A stretch of DNA of 64,000 nt, taken from contig NW_026862321.1 of the NCBI RefSeq assembly GCF_026571515.1, positions 1-64,000 on the forward strand, given 5' to 3'. Of the stretch, positions 25,671 to 38,675 are shown in pieces (positions within the stretch are counted from its first letter, which is position 1; every line of letters begins with the position of its first letter). The DNA is from Ruditapes philippinarum (taxonomy: Eukaryota). The position numbers and the translations under genes were made by a program. A model generated the notes under the pieces. The model was not told the DNA's origin. It did no database searches and saw nothing but the letters and a program-made list of their open reading frames with translations.

Positions 25671-27470
25671 AACAAGAGCACCGCAAAGGCGGGCTCGAAT
25701 GTAAATTTGTTTTAGAAGTGAAAATAATCTTCCAATTAAAATAGAGACACAATTAAAATATTAAAAATCTGAAAAAAATGTTTTATCCTTATTATCCTAA
25801 CGATACTGTAAAACATCCATGTGGAGAGATTTTTTACCCGTAGTGCATTAAACTTAAATAGAGGTCAACTAGATATGACATATACCAAAAAAATGGCATA
25901 GTAATTATCTACACTTTTTCTTGCTATTAAGGTCAACACATTAACGACATAATATTGCAATGAAAAATATAAACTGTTTTGACGATTAATCATCATAATA
26001 ACTGCCAGTTTTGTAATAAGTGGTCTTTTGTCCAAGAATAAACGAATATCATAAATAAATATCAATGTTATAGCAATGTTGGTAAATTTAAATATTCTGA
26101 CGACCTTACAGGTCAATTAATGGTCAAGGTCATACCAGAATCAGTCAACATATCGGTTTTGTCCAAGTTTTACTCAAATCTGTAAATATCTAATAAAGAA
26201 ATGACAACTTTGATAAATTTTACCGTGAATGTCATGGTCAATTTAAGGTTTTAGGTAATTTTAAAACAATTCATCAAGTAAAATGGGTTCTTTTGTCGAA
26301 GTATTAACCAAATCTGTCAATAAATATCAAAGTTATGACAATTAACGTAAATTTCAATAATTTAACATGGACAGTTAATCTAAATAGAAAAATCAAGGTA
26401 TTAACAGAAGAATTTAACATGTTGTTTTGACATGTGTTCTTTTGTCAAAGTAAAAAACAATCAAATTTGTAACTAAAGATTAAAATCATTGCCAATGTAC
26501 CAAATTTCAATATTGTGACTTTGCAAGGTCACTTTAAGGTCAAGACCACATCAGAATAATACAACATGCATATTTTGTCCTAAGGTTTGTTTTTTTCAAG
26601 AATAAATACAATTTGTAAATAAATAACAATGTTATTACAATTTAACAATATTTTTGACCTTTACTAACTGTGTCAAACTCAAGTGAAGGTCAAGTTTAAT
26701 TTAGTCTTCTTTAATTTTGGTTCCATACATTGTGTCCAACTACGAAGACAATCCATTTATTGCTTACAAAGTTATACTCAATTATAGCAAATGAATAGCC
26801 TTTGAAATAACAATTATATGACGTCAATGACCTCTATAAGTCAATGTCAAGTTTTAAGATAATGTCCTAACGGTAGATGTGCTCAAGTATAAACACATTC
26901 CATTCAAAAATAAATAAAGATATAACCAATTAAATTCAAGTAAAGTTCAATGATTTTAATAATAATCTTCAAGGTCAATGTCATTGATGAGTAAAGGTCA
27001 TAATAAATTGGTTATGTCGAACGATTTCCTTGTGTTTTTTTACCTTAGTGTGAAGACAATCCATTCATAAATAACAAAATTTACATCCAATAAACAAGCA
27101 AAATTAAATGATTATACACTCAAGGCCGTGGTCATTGATTCGCGAAGGTCATAATCAATTTTGTCTACATTAAGGTCTTGTCTGAAGAATTATTGTGTCC
27201 AGCTTTGAAAACATATACAGCTTAAGTCAAGCAAATTATTTGATTTTGAATGTTTGTCATTTATGACTGATTGTCAAGTGCAGTCTTGTCAACTTAAAGA
27301 TCTCGTATGAAAGGTTGTTGTTTCATAATCGAATAGAAGGTAATCCATTGAAAAATAAAACACAAGCTATGATCAATGTTTATGTTTCAGGGTGTCAACC
27401 GCAACATCAAAGGCATAATAACATTAGCATTCTCTCTCTTTTTTCTTTAAAACAAGTCGAGATAAAAATG
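25671..27470. mobile_element. Old modular element with ~145 bp degenerate internal tandem repeats
   Basis: Starts aacaagagcaccgc; recurring tgacct...aaggtcaaggtca...ttttgtccaag.at units. Confidence 0.55.
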
Positions 27471-27818
27471 ACTTTTTGATACAAATTAATTAAAGATTAT
27501 TTTTTCCAGCTGCAAAGTTTTTTTATTCGATAAATTCGTGTAAATTCAATGAACTTGTTGAATAAAACAAATCAAGCCTGCAAAACTGTCGCATAATAAT
27601 TATTATGCCCCGCCCCCTTCGAAGAATAAGGGTATATTGTTTTGCTTATGTCGGTTGGTCAGTCTGTCCGTTGTTTCCGATGTTTATTTTAAATACTATT
27701 TATCACAAAGATTTCATATTTCACATACTGATTGGTCAAAAACTAGTAGATGGCTCCTATTGATTTTGGGGTCACTAGGTCAAGGTCATAGGGGCTTGAA
27801 ATGTCAGAATGGTTTTCT

Positions 27819-30800
27819 AATTTAATATAACCGTATAATCTTATCTAAAGTGCAATTCATTGAACTTAGATTTGTTTCATGTTGCTTTTTCTACCGGATT
27901 CCAACAAGTATTTTTACAAATCTTGCAGCTGGGAGTAAAATCACTTCATTTTTTATCTTATTACTTACATATGCATTACATGGTACACGGATATAAATGT
28001 AAAAATCTCCGGTAATACCATGAGCTTATCTCCTATATGAGTATCTATAATACCCACATCTCTGTCAAAAGCTTCTGTGACGGGCGTATATTGCGACAAT
28101 GATGCCATTGTTTCAAAATAAAATTATCTGTTTTTATATCAGTTGCTGATTCTCACTATGTGCTATAATGTATTGTATATTTCATACAGAAAACTTGTGT
28201 CAGGTACCATTCCGAGTTGCATACTCTTATCAGTCAGTCATGCGCGACCGAAATATATGACCATTTTTTTTTTGGCAGCAACACCTTAATTTTCTTCATG
28301 ATGCATATACAATGTAATTGTCTCATTGGCCTCCCGTGCATCAAAATGGTATCATCACAATTATCGACTTTCGTACATATTAAGTATCATTCAGTGGATC
28401 ACTGTATGCAAAATTAAAAAGTCACTTTTTGAAAATAATAACAGTTAAGGACATAAATGCTGACATGCCCGGGGTACGCACTCTCGGTGCATGCAAGGGT
28501 GTATGGTCCCTCATTAAGCCTAGATTGCATACAAACTTGTATCGAAACTTATCGTATCGTGAGGTAAGTGTATCATTACAACATAGTCGATGCGAAACTG
28601 GTTTCGTATACAGAAAAAAATATTCGAACCAATTTAATTAAAAGAATTGGCAATAAAACCAAGTTTCAACGTGCTTGCTTTTGCTCCTTCTTAACATCAA
28701 TAATAGTCCGTACAAAGATGTCAACTTATATCTTTAGCGTCCGGTTTAATGATAAGTAGTTTCACTTTAATCCACTTAATAACAATTGTGTAGTTTTGTA
28801 TTAACAGGAAAACTTAACTCATTGTTCAGTGTTTGTTCCAAACCGCATTCCAGACTGTGTTAAGTTTCCTTTACAATCGAACTAAAAATAAATTCTGTAT
28901 AAACCAACATACCACTTTGTTTACATTTGCTACTTGTGTCAAAAATTATTCCACATTTAGGACTATGATTTTCAAGTAGATATTTTAACATGCACTAAAC
29001 GCATGTTTTAAAACAAAGATACTTAATGTGCCTTTAAATGTGGTGTTTTATTACCAACGTCTTATATTGTAATTTCAAGAACGGATGAGTTAATATTAAG
29101 AACAATTCTGAAGGTTTCAATTTTTAAGCGGTATGTTGTTTGAATTACATGGTTCAAGCATTTAAGAACACATTAATATAATCTGGGAATTAACAAATTA
29201 ATTTTAGCTTTGTAAACACCTTTGTTTCATTTACTTAACAAGAACTACTACTTAATTTTGTGGTTGGGTATTATATATGAACCAAAATTTAATCATAGCA
29301 CCAATTTGAAGGAGATTTTTATTTTATTTTACATAGCCTCCATAATTTAAAGCATATGACATAATGGGTATACTCCTCAAATGGCAGTCAGGGGAGGTAA
29401 TAATTGCTATGTGAAAAGCCATTCGCATCTTCTCGGCACTTTCCTTCAAATTTCATGCAAGGACCTCGAACACAATAGTAAGAATATATAGAACGGATAA
29501 TGTACTTTGGTCTAACCTACGCTAAGAAACTAAACATGTAAACAAATATATGTAGTAAAAGTCGTAGTTATGTAATACTAATAGTTGCTTCTCTAATTTA
29601 TTCCAGTACATCGGATACAAATCAAACAAAATTTAGGTCATTTCAAGAACTGATATTAAAGTAAACAAAACATTGTTTATATACTTATCGTTATGGTTGT
29701 AGAAATTACAAAATGTCTACCTGTTGACATTAATTCTGATTTGGTAATACTCGTACATTAGTGGGCATTTTCAAATTTATTATGATTGTCAGACATATTT
29801 TCATTCATAGTTGTACGAAAATAGACTTAATTTTCCTTTTAAGGTCAAATATATAAACAAATATTACAATATCTGTTTTTGTGTACATCTAAAAAAACGT
29901 GGTAGAAATGCTTTCAATCCGTATTAATTTAGAGGTTGTTATGAATCCTCGAGGGTTTAAAAAGTGGTTTCCTCGTGCGACCCATATTTGAATAAGAATT
30001 ATTTTAAGTTTTATAGTACAATGTATGTGACATTATTGTTTTGAAATGCTTACACATTTAGCTAACATTAGAAAAATGTCAAAGGAAAGTAGAATATAAT
30101 ATAAATAATGCAAAAACCTCAAAGCGAGCTCTTTGACAGAATGTTTTATATATACAACATCAGTTGCACAATTTTTACTACACATCGCAAACGTCCGGGC
30201 AAAATATTCACTCACACTATTTATTCTATTTGTCTTATTAGTTGCGTTAAGAATTCTTGTTTTGCTTGAATGTATTGTAAATTGTTCCACATACTAAAAT
30301 CAGTCAATTTTTAGGTGTCTTACGAATAAGAAATTAAAAAAAAAAAAAAAAAAAAAACAAAAAAAAAAAAAACAACAACAATGCATTTGGAGTCCCATTT
30401 CGGTGTATTAACTATTTTCGCCAATCTTGATAAATGTATTTATGGTAAAAAGATAGGTTCTCCGAATGTCAGTTTTAAATGAGAACCGTAATGAGACAGG
30501 AAACCAGAAAACTCTTCCCCGGCATGCTTGTACCCTGCTTGTGCCTGTTTGTAAAGCTAGCGTACATTTTCTTAAATATGATCTTGTCCTGTAAATATTT
30601 ATAGTCACACTTAAAATAAAATGTTAAGCAGCCAAATGCGCTCATTCCTTTTTATATTCCAGAAAGAATTGCGGGCATGTTATGTTATACCCACTGTCTG
30701 TCTGTCTGTCCATCAGTCCGTCCGTTAGCAATTTGGTTTCCGGTGCATAATTTAAGTTCCATTTGGCCCACACTATTCTAACTTCATCGGATGATTGTCC

Positions 30801-32117
30801 ATATTAGATAGAAGATCCCTATTGATTTTGGGGTCACAAGGTCAAAGGTCAAGGTCACTATTACCTTTAAACTGAAAACAGTTTCCGGAGCATAACTTAC
30901 ATTCCATTTGACCCACAATATTCAAACTACATATAATGATTGTCCATATTAGATAGAAGACCCCTATTGATTTTAAGGTCACAAAGTTAAAGGTCAATGT
31001 CACTATTACCTTAAAACTGAAAACATTTTCCGCTCCATTACTTAAATAGTAATCAACCGAAAGCTGTTAAACTTTACAGGATGAACAGCCAAGTCAAAAA
31101 CATGACTCCTATTGATTGTAGGGTCATAAGGTCAGAGGTCAGGATCACAATGATCTTTTCACTAAAAATTGTGTTTTGTTTTAGCATAACACAGGTTCCA
31201 TTTGGTTTACAGTGTTCAAACTTCTTAGAATGATTGCCTTTATTTAATAATAGATCCATATCTATATTAGGGTAACAAGGTCAAAGGTCAATATCAAATG
31301 ACCTAAATATTGTTAACAGTTTTACAACTGTCAAACTTCATAGGATGATCACTTATATTGAGTATATTAATTATATGCCCTAAAATATTTGCTTATATAA
31401 TGTTATACCCCTGGCGTCTTCGTGTCGATCCATCGTAGCATTTTTACTTACAAAATAAGAACTTGATCTCGGTGCTTTGGGTGCAAGTTTATATATATGA
31501 AGGTTCTTCAGCCAAAAAGGAGGATTGCTTTTTGAAAGAGGTAATACTTTATCTAATTCCCATGTCTTACAAATGCTTCGTCCTTAATAAAAAAAACAAC
31601 ACTTTCGTGCATCCGCCTAGCGGTGGTCTTGTGTTCAGAATTTGCTTACAGTATATTTGTCTGTCAAATATTTTGCACAATCGGCAAAGTTCGTGCTTTT
31701 TATATTTCTTCATATTATATATATTTTTTGCAGTTATTTATTTTATTGGAACGTATAGTGAAAGGGGAAACAAACACTTTTATGTTTTAAGCCTAACTTT
31801 AACGCTCTAAAATGCAGACAAGCCGGATGTAACACTTTAATAAAATTTATCATGATCTTACTCATCAATGACTCTGACCGTGAAGTTCAAATACTTAAAT
31901 AAAAATCACGCAAGCACACAATGATTAGTGACGTGATATATATTTACATCCGTGTACAATGTATTGCACATGTAAGTTATAAAGTCAAATATGATGTGAT
32001 TTCACTCCCAGCTGCAAGATTTGTATAAATACTTGAAGGGATCCGGTAGAAAAAGCAACATGAACATAAGTTCAATGCATTGTACTTCCAGATAAGATTA
32101 TACGGTTATATTAAATT
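27819..32117. repeat. ~190 bp inverted repeat pair (27819-28007 / 31935-32117) enclosing ~3.9 kb
   Basis: aatttaatataaccgtataatcttatct...catgttgctttttctaccggat...tcttgcagctgggagt is matched by its reverse complement ending cggttatattaaatt at 32117. Confidence 0.85.
30650..31460. mobile_element. Modular repeat element (GTCT/GTCC microsatellite + ~145 bp tandem units), HINE/Pearl-like
   Basis: ctgtctgtctgtctgtcc at ~30694; tttccg...cataa at 30737/30882/31027; gggtcacaaggtcaaaggtca units. A related short fragment is at 27600-27818. Confidence 0.75.
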
Positions 32118-32899
32118 GGGGACTCACATTTTAATTTAAGTGGCATATCTTATATGCCTTTAGCACAGAACCACAAGCATATCTATTTGGTTATGTATTC
32201 CTTAGTAAAGCACGTCATTTTAAAGGACTTTCAGCTACTTTGGCATATATTTTGAAAGTCTTGATTTTTAGAATACAAGCAAATATTCATTTATGTGAAG
32301 TTTGGTCACAATCTAACATGCGGTTAAGGAGATATTATTTTAAAAAGACAATGTAGATTTTATGAAGACTATGCGGACAACTGGCCATGCTTCATACATG
32401 TCATAACATGGCAAGCAAAAGGAAATTAATATTAATGAATGTCCTCCTCAAAAATAACAAAGCTTAAATATTTGATGTTTAACATTACCTAGTTTTCATA
32501 AAGATATAGACTGACACATATGAGAGTATTGTGTAGAACTACATGGCTTAAAACTTTACAGTTCTGAGCTATTATAATGTTGTGGACTGCTACAAATGCA
32601 TTTAATAAAATGATTGTCATCAGTGTTTAACACCGTTTTTTTACATAGATAAGCCTCTGATGGCACATTTGAATATCCTTTTCTCAAAACTAGAGTTTGA
32701 ATGTATATAATGTACAGTCGACTCTCGTTTTTTTTTTTTTTTGAAGTCTTCGGGACTAAAATTGTCGTGATAACGAAATGTAATAATAACTTCTCGTAAT
32801 ACTGACTTTTGGTACTCAGCAAAAGTTATCTGGACTAAAATGGTTATTCCTCGGTGTTAGTTTAGTTAGGTAGACGTTTTGTATAATAACCAAAAGCTT

Positions 32900-33200
32900 T
32901 TATTCTCTACGCCCTGTGCGTGTTCTATCTTAAGTCTTGAAATTGACCTCGGATATTGAGTTTCGTGTATGGACCTTGGTTTTTTGATGATTAAAATGAT
33001 TATCAATTGAGCTACTTTTCTAATACTATAATTTAGCTTCAGTTCTCAAATCTGGTTCATTTGTACACACAGTTTATCATGTTAAAAGGATTTTACTATG
33101 TCTGTCGGTACGGACCTTAATATATAGCTCGTGGGTATCTGTTTACAGCGGCAGAAAGACTGTGCTAAAGTTTCCTCTAAACATCAAAGACCTTTGACGA
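32900..33200 (+). mobile_element. Possible decayed Penelope-like RT fragment
   Basis: Piecemeal reading SYL.LEID ... RGY.LQR..KTVLKF..KHQ resembles the C-terminal Penelope RT region; heavily frameshifted. Confidence 0.3.
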
Positions 33201-33602
33201 TACCCGGTGCTTGGTTCATTATCTTGCATAATTATAGACATGTTTTCTATTTTCCGAAAAGAAATTATGAAAACTTCATATTTTTGTTAGTACCTTTTCT
33301 TATAAAAGCGCATGAACTTACATCGTTATCTATAACGGAACAATGACATCATTCTAAAACGCAATTAATTCATAAAATCCGCGGTGGAATAAGGTCAGTT
33401 CGGGCACACAAATTGTCTTACACGGGATGTTAGAGAGGATGTTTCAGCAACAGAATAGAATATATTCTTGACTTAAATGGAAAAACAAAATATATGATGT
33501 ATGTTATTGTAACTAATTATAATACGTCACAGGATAAGATTGCAATGAAAAGCATTTGGTCCAATTCCTAAGAAGAACGTTCAGTTATACACAACGTACT
33601 TT

Positions 33603-34070
33603 TACGGTAAAAAAGAGTTGACATTTGTGCGTTTTTATTTATCTCGTGTGCACGAGATACTTTGTCATGGCAACGAGGTAATTAGTCGTGCGCATGAAAT
33701 AATTAGGAAGTGCGCACGAAATACTATATCGTGGCCACGAGTAAATAAGTCATGGGAACGAGGTAATAAGTGGTGCGCACTAGATACTATGCCGTGGCCA
33801 CGAATTACTTAGTCATGCGAACAAGATACTATGTTGTAGCCACGAGTTACTAAGCCGTGGGAACGAAATAATCGAGTGGCGCACGATATACTATGTCGTG
33901 GCCACGAGTTACCAAGTCGTATGCTCGAGATACTATGTCGTGGGCACGAGTAACAAAGTCGTGGAACGAGATAGTTAAGTTGCGCGCACGAGATATTATG
34001 TCGTGGCCACGATTTGCTAAGTCTTGCGCACGAGATAATTAAGTCGTGGGCACGAGGCAATATGTAGAAA
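33603..34070. mobile_element. MITE-like element with ~20 bp tandem array of palindromic tcgtg(cg/gc)cacga units
   Basis: Terminus gacatttgtgcgtttttatttatctcgtg matches the reverse complement of 43045-43075. Confidence 0.8.
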
Positions 34071-34559
34071 CGATATAATAAATCAAACAGATTACACAAT
34101 ATCTTTGCATTTTCTTAGTTACCTACAAATGTGCAATAATACAATGCTGACCCTATTTCCTTTGCCTGTCACAGTGTCATATATAAAAAGTTAATTGATT
34201 TGACAATTAATGTTTCACCTAGTGTCATTGTGACACTGATTTTTTTTACCCAATGCCCTCATAAATAAGGGTCATTTATTAATAGGTGAAAGTGATACAT
34301 ACAAGGTAATCAAACCCAATGGATTATATACCCAAGTTATTCTCCGACGAAAATTTTTCATGAAGTGTCATGGGTTACTTTGACCTTTGCCTATGACCTC
34401 AATCTCAATGTAAGCAAATCTCTGGCCATTGGCAATGTTCCTACTAAATGTAATAAACAAGGGCTTTTTTCCTTCAAGTTATCGTTTTATAAGCAAAGGT
34501 TTAACCAGGCCATCAGTATGATTATAATGACATCCCTATCAGAGGATTGTCCTACAAAG

Positions 34560-35200
34560 GGACTAAAATAGTAAAAAATTAAAAATATCATTTATGGGCC
34601 GTTGGATAGGGATTTCCAGATAAGAAACCTTAAAAGATGTCCAACAAAAAAAGAATGTTTTATAGTTTTAAAGAAATTTAAAGTTTCATTTTTTATCTTA
34701 AACCCGGAAGTTTTAAGTTCATATTAAATTTGATTATTTTTTGTTTTTTTAAACATCTTGTGCCCCCATGATTTAATATTTGTTCGATTTACATTGTAAA
34801 TTTGTGCCCACGATTTAAATTTTCTCTGCACATGGGCTAAGAAGCCCCCTGGCCACATTTGTCCCCTAGTCGCAAAACATAAAATTTTTGCGGCTTTTAC
34901 AAAATAAATTTGTGCGCAAAGGGCTAGTAAACTTATGCGCACCAAAACCCTTTTTTCTCGTTCCCCAAATTATAACTTGTGGAACGGCAAAAAGTACCCC
35001 GTGGGGCACGATTTTAGTTACTCCCGGCCCCCGAATAGTTATTTGTGCGCAAACCCCCTTATAAACGGGCATAAGAATCGTGCCCCGCCACCCAATCATC
35101 TCGTTAGTGTCAAGTATCTTAAGTGTCAACCTTCGACCCAAAAGTGCATTACGCAGGTATATATGCATTTTTAAACATCAACCCAACGATCGCACGTTGG
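34560..35200. other. Second homopolymer-corrupted patch containing a copy of the tcgtgcgcacga-array element
   Basis: ttgtgcgcaaa, cgtggggcacga, ctcgttccccaaa: the same units with expanded runs. Confidence 0.6.
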
Positions 35201-37192
35201 GTATTAAAAATAAGATCAATATAAATGAAGTTTAATATTTTGAATTAAAATATCATGTAGTTTATATCATTTGTAAACTAAAAATAAAGAGGGAAGTAGG
35301 CGAAATGTATTAAGTCGGTTCAAAAAGGCAGATATAGATTATTTAGATTTGTTATATCATAAGGTTGCAATTTGCAATTTATAAAATTATGTTTTATTTT
35401 CAATTATTTCTCTTATAGCATAGTTAATTTAAGGTATATAAATTCTTGGTGTGTATTATGTGTTATAATACATTAGATAGCATATTATTTAAGCCTTATC
35501 CATGAACTAGCGTTGTGTGCCGATACTTGTAACACACTTTTCCATATAATTGAAAACCAGTTCCTTATATAATAATGAGACCTATTAAAATCTGAATTTA
35601 CCTTATTTCATGTTATCTTATTAAAGAAGGTAACGTTTTTCAAATAATTAATTATAGTTATTTCAATGACTCAAACAGATTTCAGGCTGTGTCAATCTGC
35701 CACAACTGGGGGAAAATGAAACATGAAGATTGATTCCAAGTTAGATGCAAAATTAAAAGAATACATCATACTCAACAAGATCTTAATTGTATATTTAGAT
35801 GAAATGCACGTCCGGTTATGGCCGAGATTATTTTCAAACATGTATTAATTATATTTAAAAAATACGAAAGTTATCTCGTCTCATTCAAAATGGCAACGGT
35901 TTTGGTGGTACATGAAACTGATACGTTTTGCAAAACCTGAAATAACCCAAAATAACCTGCAAGTTTTCATTGATTCCGAGTATAAACTTCTCTTGTTGTA
36001 AATTAATATTACATTAAATTTTACTCCTATCATTTATTTCTTTTAGTCTCAGGACGGGATCCAAAATGACCACAAATTAAAAGTTAGTCGTTGCAGACAT
36101 ATCAAAGTATATACAATAAAGTATAAAAAATCATTTAAAGCAGCAGTTACTTTCATAAAATAACTTGATTTGATCCTAACACACGCGAAACTCAATCCAA
36201 AATTTACTGTAATGCATTAACTGATGGTGATCATGGTCAATATCATGTAGAGGATATAAATTGTTTTACAAAATTTTGCGAGTATATATGGGGGTCAGGG
36301 CTATTGATGGGGTAGAGCCTCAGGAATAATTTTATTCAGGACAAAAACAATATCACGTAATACAATCACAAATTATCGTTGACAATGCTGGTGTTATTCG
36401 TTACTTAGAAACTGTGTTTATTATAAAATGTTAGATTATTTTGAGATTATCCCTTTATATAACTTGTCCTCGATCCTCAATCCCCGTTCCTCATTTTTAG
36501 CCGCAAATGTAATATGCTCGTAGGCATAACACTTGATTTAATGATGTGTAAAAAACTGTTATTATCAGGTTATTGTATGAAATAGGGTGTGAAAGTAAAA
36601 TTTAGAGTTATTGGAGTTCATTGTTGCTTTCATTATATTTATTTTGCGAAGAAATAATTTATTTTTTGATAGGTGAACTATGTACATAATATATAATAAT
36701 TAATATTGAGATCAGACCCGTAAGAATTTAATATTTAATTTTTCCAGAAAATGTTTTGCTCTCATCTGATTAAACATTATAACATATATTGTATTTGTAG
36801 GTTAAAATACATATTGTTTGTTCATACAAAATGACTAAAATAGACCATGGTCAAAAACTATGTAATCAATGATAAGATTACCCACGAATAAGACCATCCC
36901 GCAATTACGACAATTGTGGGTCCAGTCCCGATGGTGGTCTTAATTTTACATGTATATTGATATTCAAAGTAGTTCAATTAATAAAGCATTAACCAATTAG
37001 AAATCAAACCATTCCTTTTTACTTTATGCTACATCAGAATGTAATGACTCTTGGTAAATTTGCACAGTGATGTATATGGATATCGACTGTCATCTTGAAC
37101 TTCAATGTCGCAGATCAAAAATCAGTCAGTACTCGATGTTCAAGGAGAACTTAGATTATATGGAACCCAAACTGCGTTGATATATAGCATAT

Positions 37193-37321
37193 TAACGCAC
37201 TTTGGGGTCAATTTCTCGATTTTGCCCCCAAAGTGCGTTTGACCCCAAAGTGCACTGTGAAGTTTACCGCACTTTTGGGTCCGACCCCAAAGTGCGTTTG
37301 ACCCCCAAAGTGCGGTGTTAC
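37193..37321. mobile_element. Short MITE built from ccccaaagtgcg units
   Basis: Termini taacgcactttgggg / ccccaaagtgcggtgtta; 6 copies of the motif in both orientations. Confidence 0.75.
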
Positions 37322-38324
37322 AGTGCATACAAATGACATGGATATTAAATAAACGACACATCAATATAACCTAGTGGCTAAGTTTATGGTATTTGTACAA
37401 AACTTACCTCTATCGTCATTCTAAACGACACATTATCTGTTTACGCATAAAGTGTTCCTTTGTTGAGTGGATGAATAATTTCACATATTGAAAACAAAAC
37501 AACATTTATATAATGCCAGAATGAATATAATAGCTAGCACAAAAATGTCATGTTAAAGCCAATAAACTCCCCGTTTGTATAAAAAAATAACTGCCTTAAG
37601 TAAACTGGTTATGTAATTTTAACCACTTTTCAGTGAAGACGCTTTAAATAGTTTATGTAAGTCAAAGCGGATTGGTTAATTTCGCGCAGGACATTATTTA
37701 CTTTTATTAGATCTGCATTTTCAACGAATGAAATAAATTACAAACAAGAGCCATAGCAAATCGGGGGCAACACTCGACATTTTTTCTTATAATGTAAAAG
37801 ACATCGGAGGAAAATTATTTAAATATAGACTACTCCAAACGAAAACGAGCAAATAAAATTATATAAATTTCATATTTGGCCTTAACCGTCAAAGTCATTC
37901 AAAGCAAAGCAAAGAATGAATGCAGTCCTAAGTTGAAAAGAATAATAAAATTGATCACATACCCATGCCGCTTTTACGACATCGTAAAAATGCTATTGCA
38001 TGGCCGTGCTTATATTTTGACAGGAGGTCGTTTGCGTTATACAAACATAGTTTGTATCGTAGTTTGGGAACCTTTCTGTTGAAAATGTATCAGAGTTAAA
38101 TCGTATACATATACATGCACAGTGCGTTAACTGGAGTGCAGGTATTAGTTACCCGCACTCCAGAGCACGCCCATTGATTGGCTTATTTTTTGCAGGGGTT
38201 AACGTATTGGGACCGCAGAGAAAGGAAAAGCGATATAATTATCATATTCAGATGCTCGTTTATTGGTTACTTTTGTTCTAGGGCAACAGGGAATGTTTCT
38301 TTATGTTTGACTATGATACAAAAG

Positions 38325-38419
38325 AGAAAGAACATCAAAACACTCGACATTCTGATTGATACACGGGGGCTACGCCCCCTCGTACAAATTAGATAGATTC
38401 GTGTTTTGATGCTCTTTCT
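38325..38419. repeat. Hairpin with GC-rich mismatch core
   Basis: agaaagaacatcaaaacac ... gtgttttgatgctctttct; core tac-AC-gggggc-tac-gccccc-TC-gta. Confidence 0.7.
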
Positions 38420-38562
38420 ATTACGTAAATGTTAGCGTTACACTCGTATCGAGAAATCGTTACCTTTTAAAAATCCTATCTCGCGAAATACAAAATCCAC
38501 ATAAAGATACTCTTTTAATAAACCGATTTAATAACAGCAAAGAAATTCTAGAATTTGATGTA

Positions 38563-38675
38563 GTCTGGGACTTAAGATAACGGGACAAGCAACTCGCGCT
38601 TTCATATCAGTGCCAATGTTGGTGTCCAATTGAAATCGATCGATCGATAAACGCCGTGTTATCTTAAGTCCCAGA
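38563..38675. mobile_element. Small MITE with 18 bp perfect TIR
   Basis: tctgggacttaagataac ... gttatcttaagtcccaga. Confidence 0.8.
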
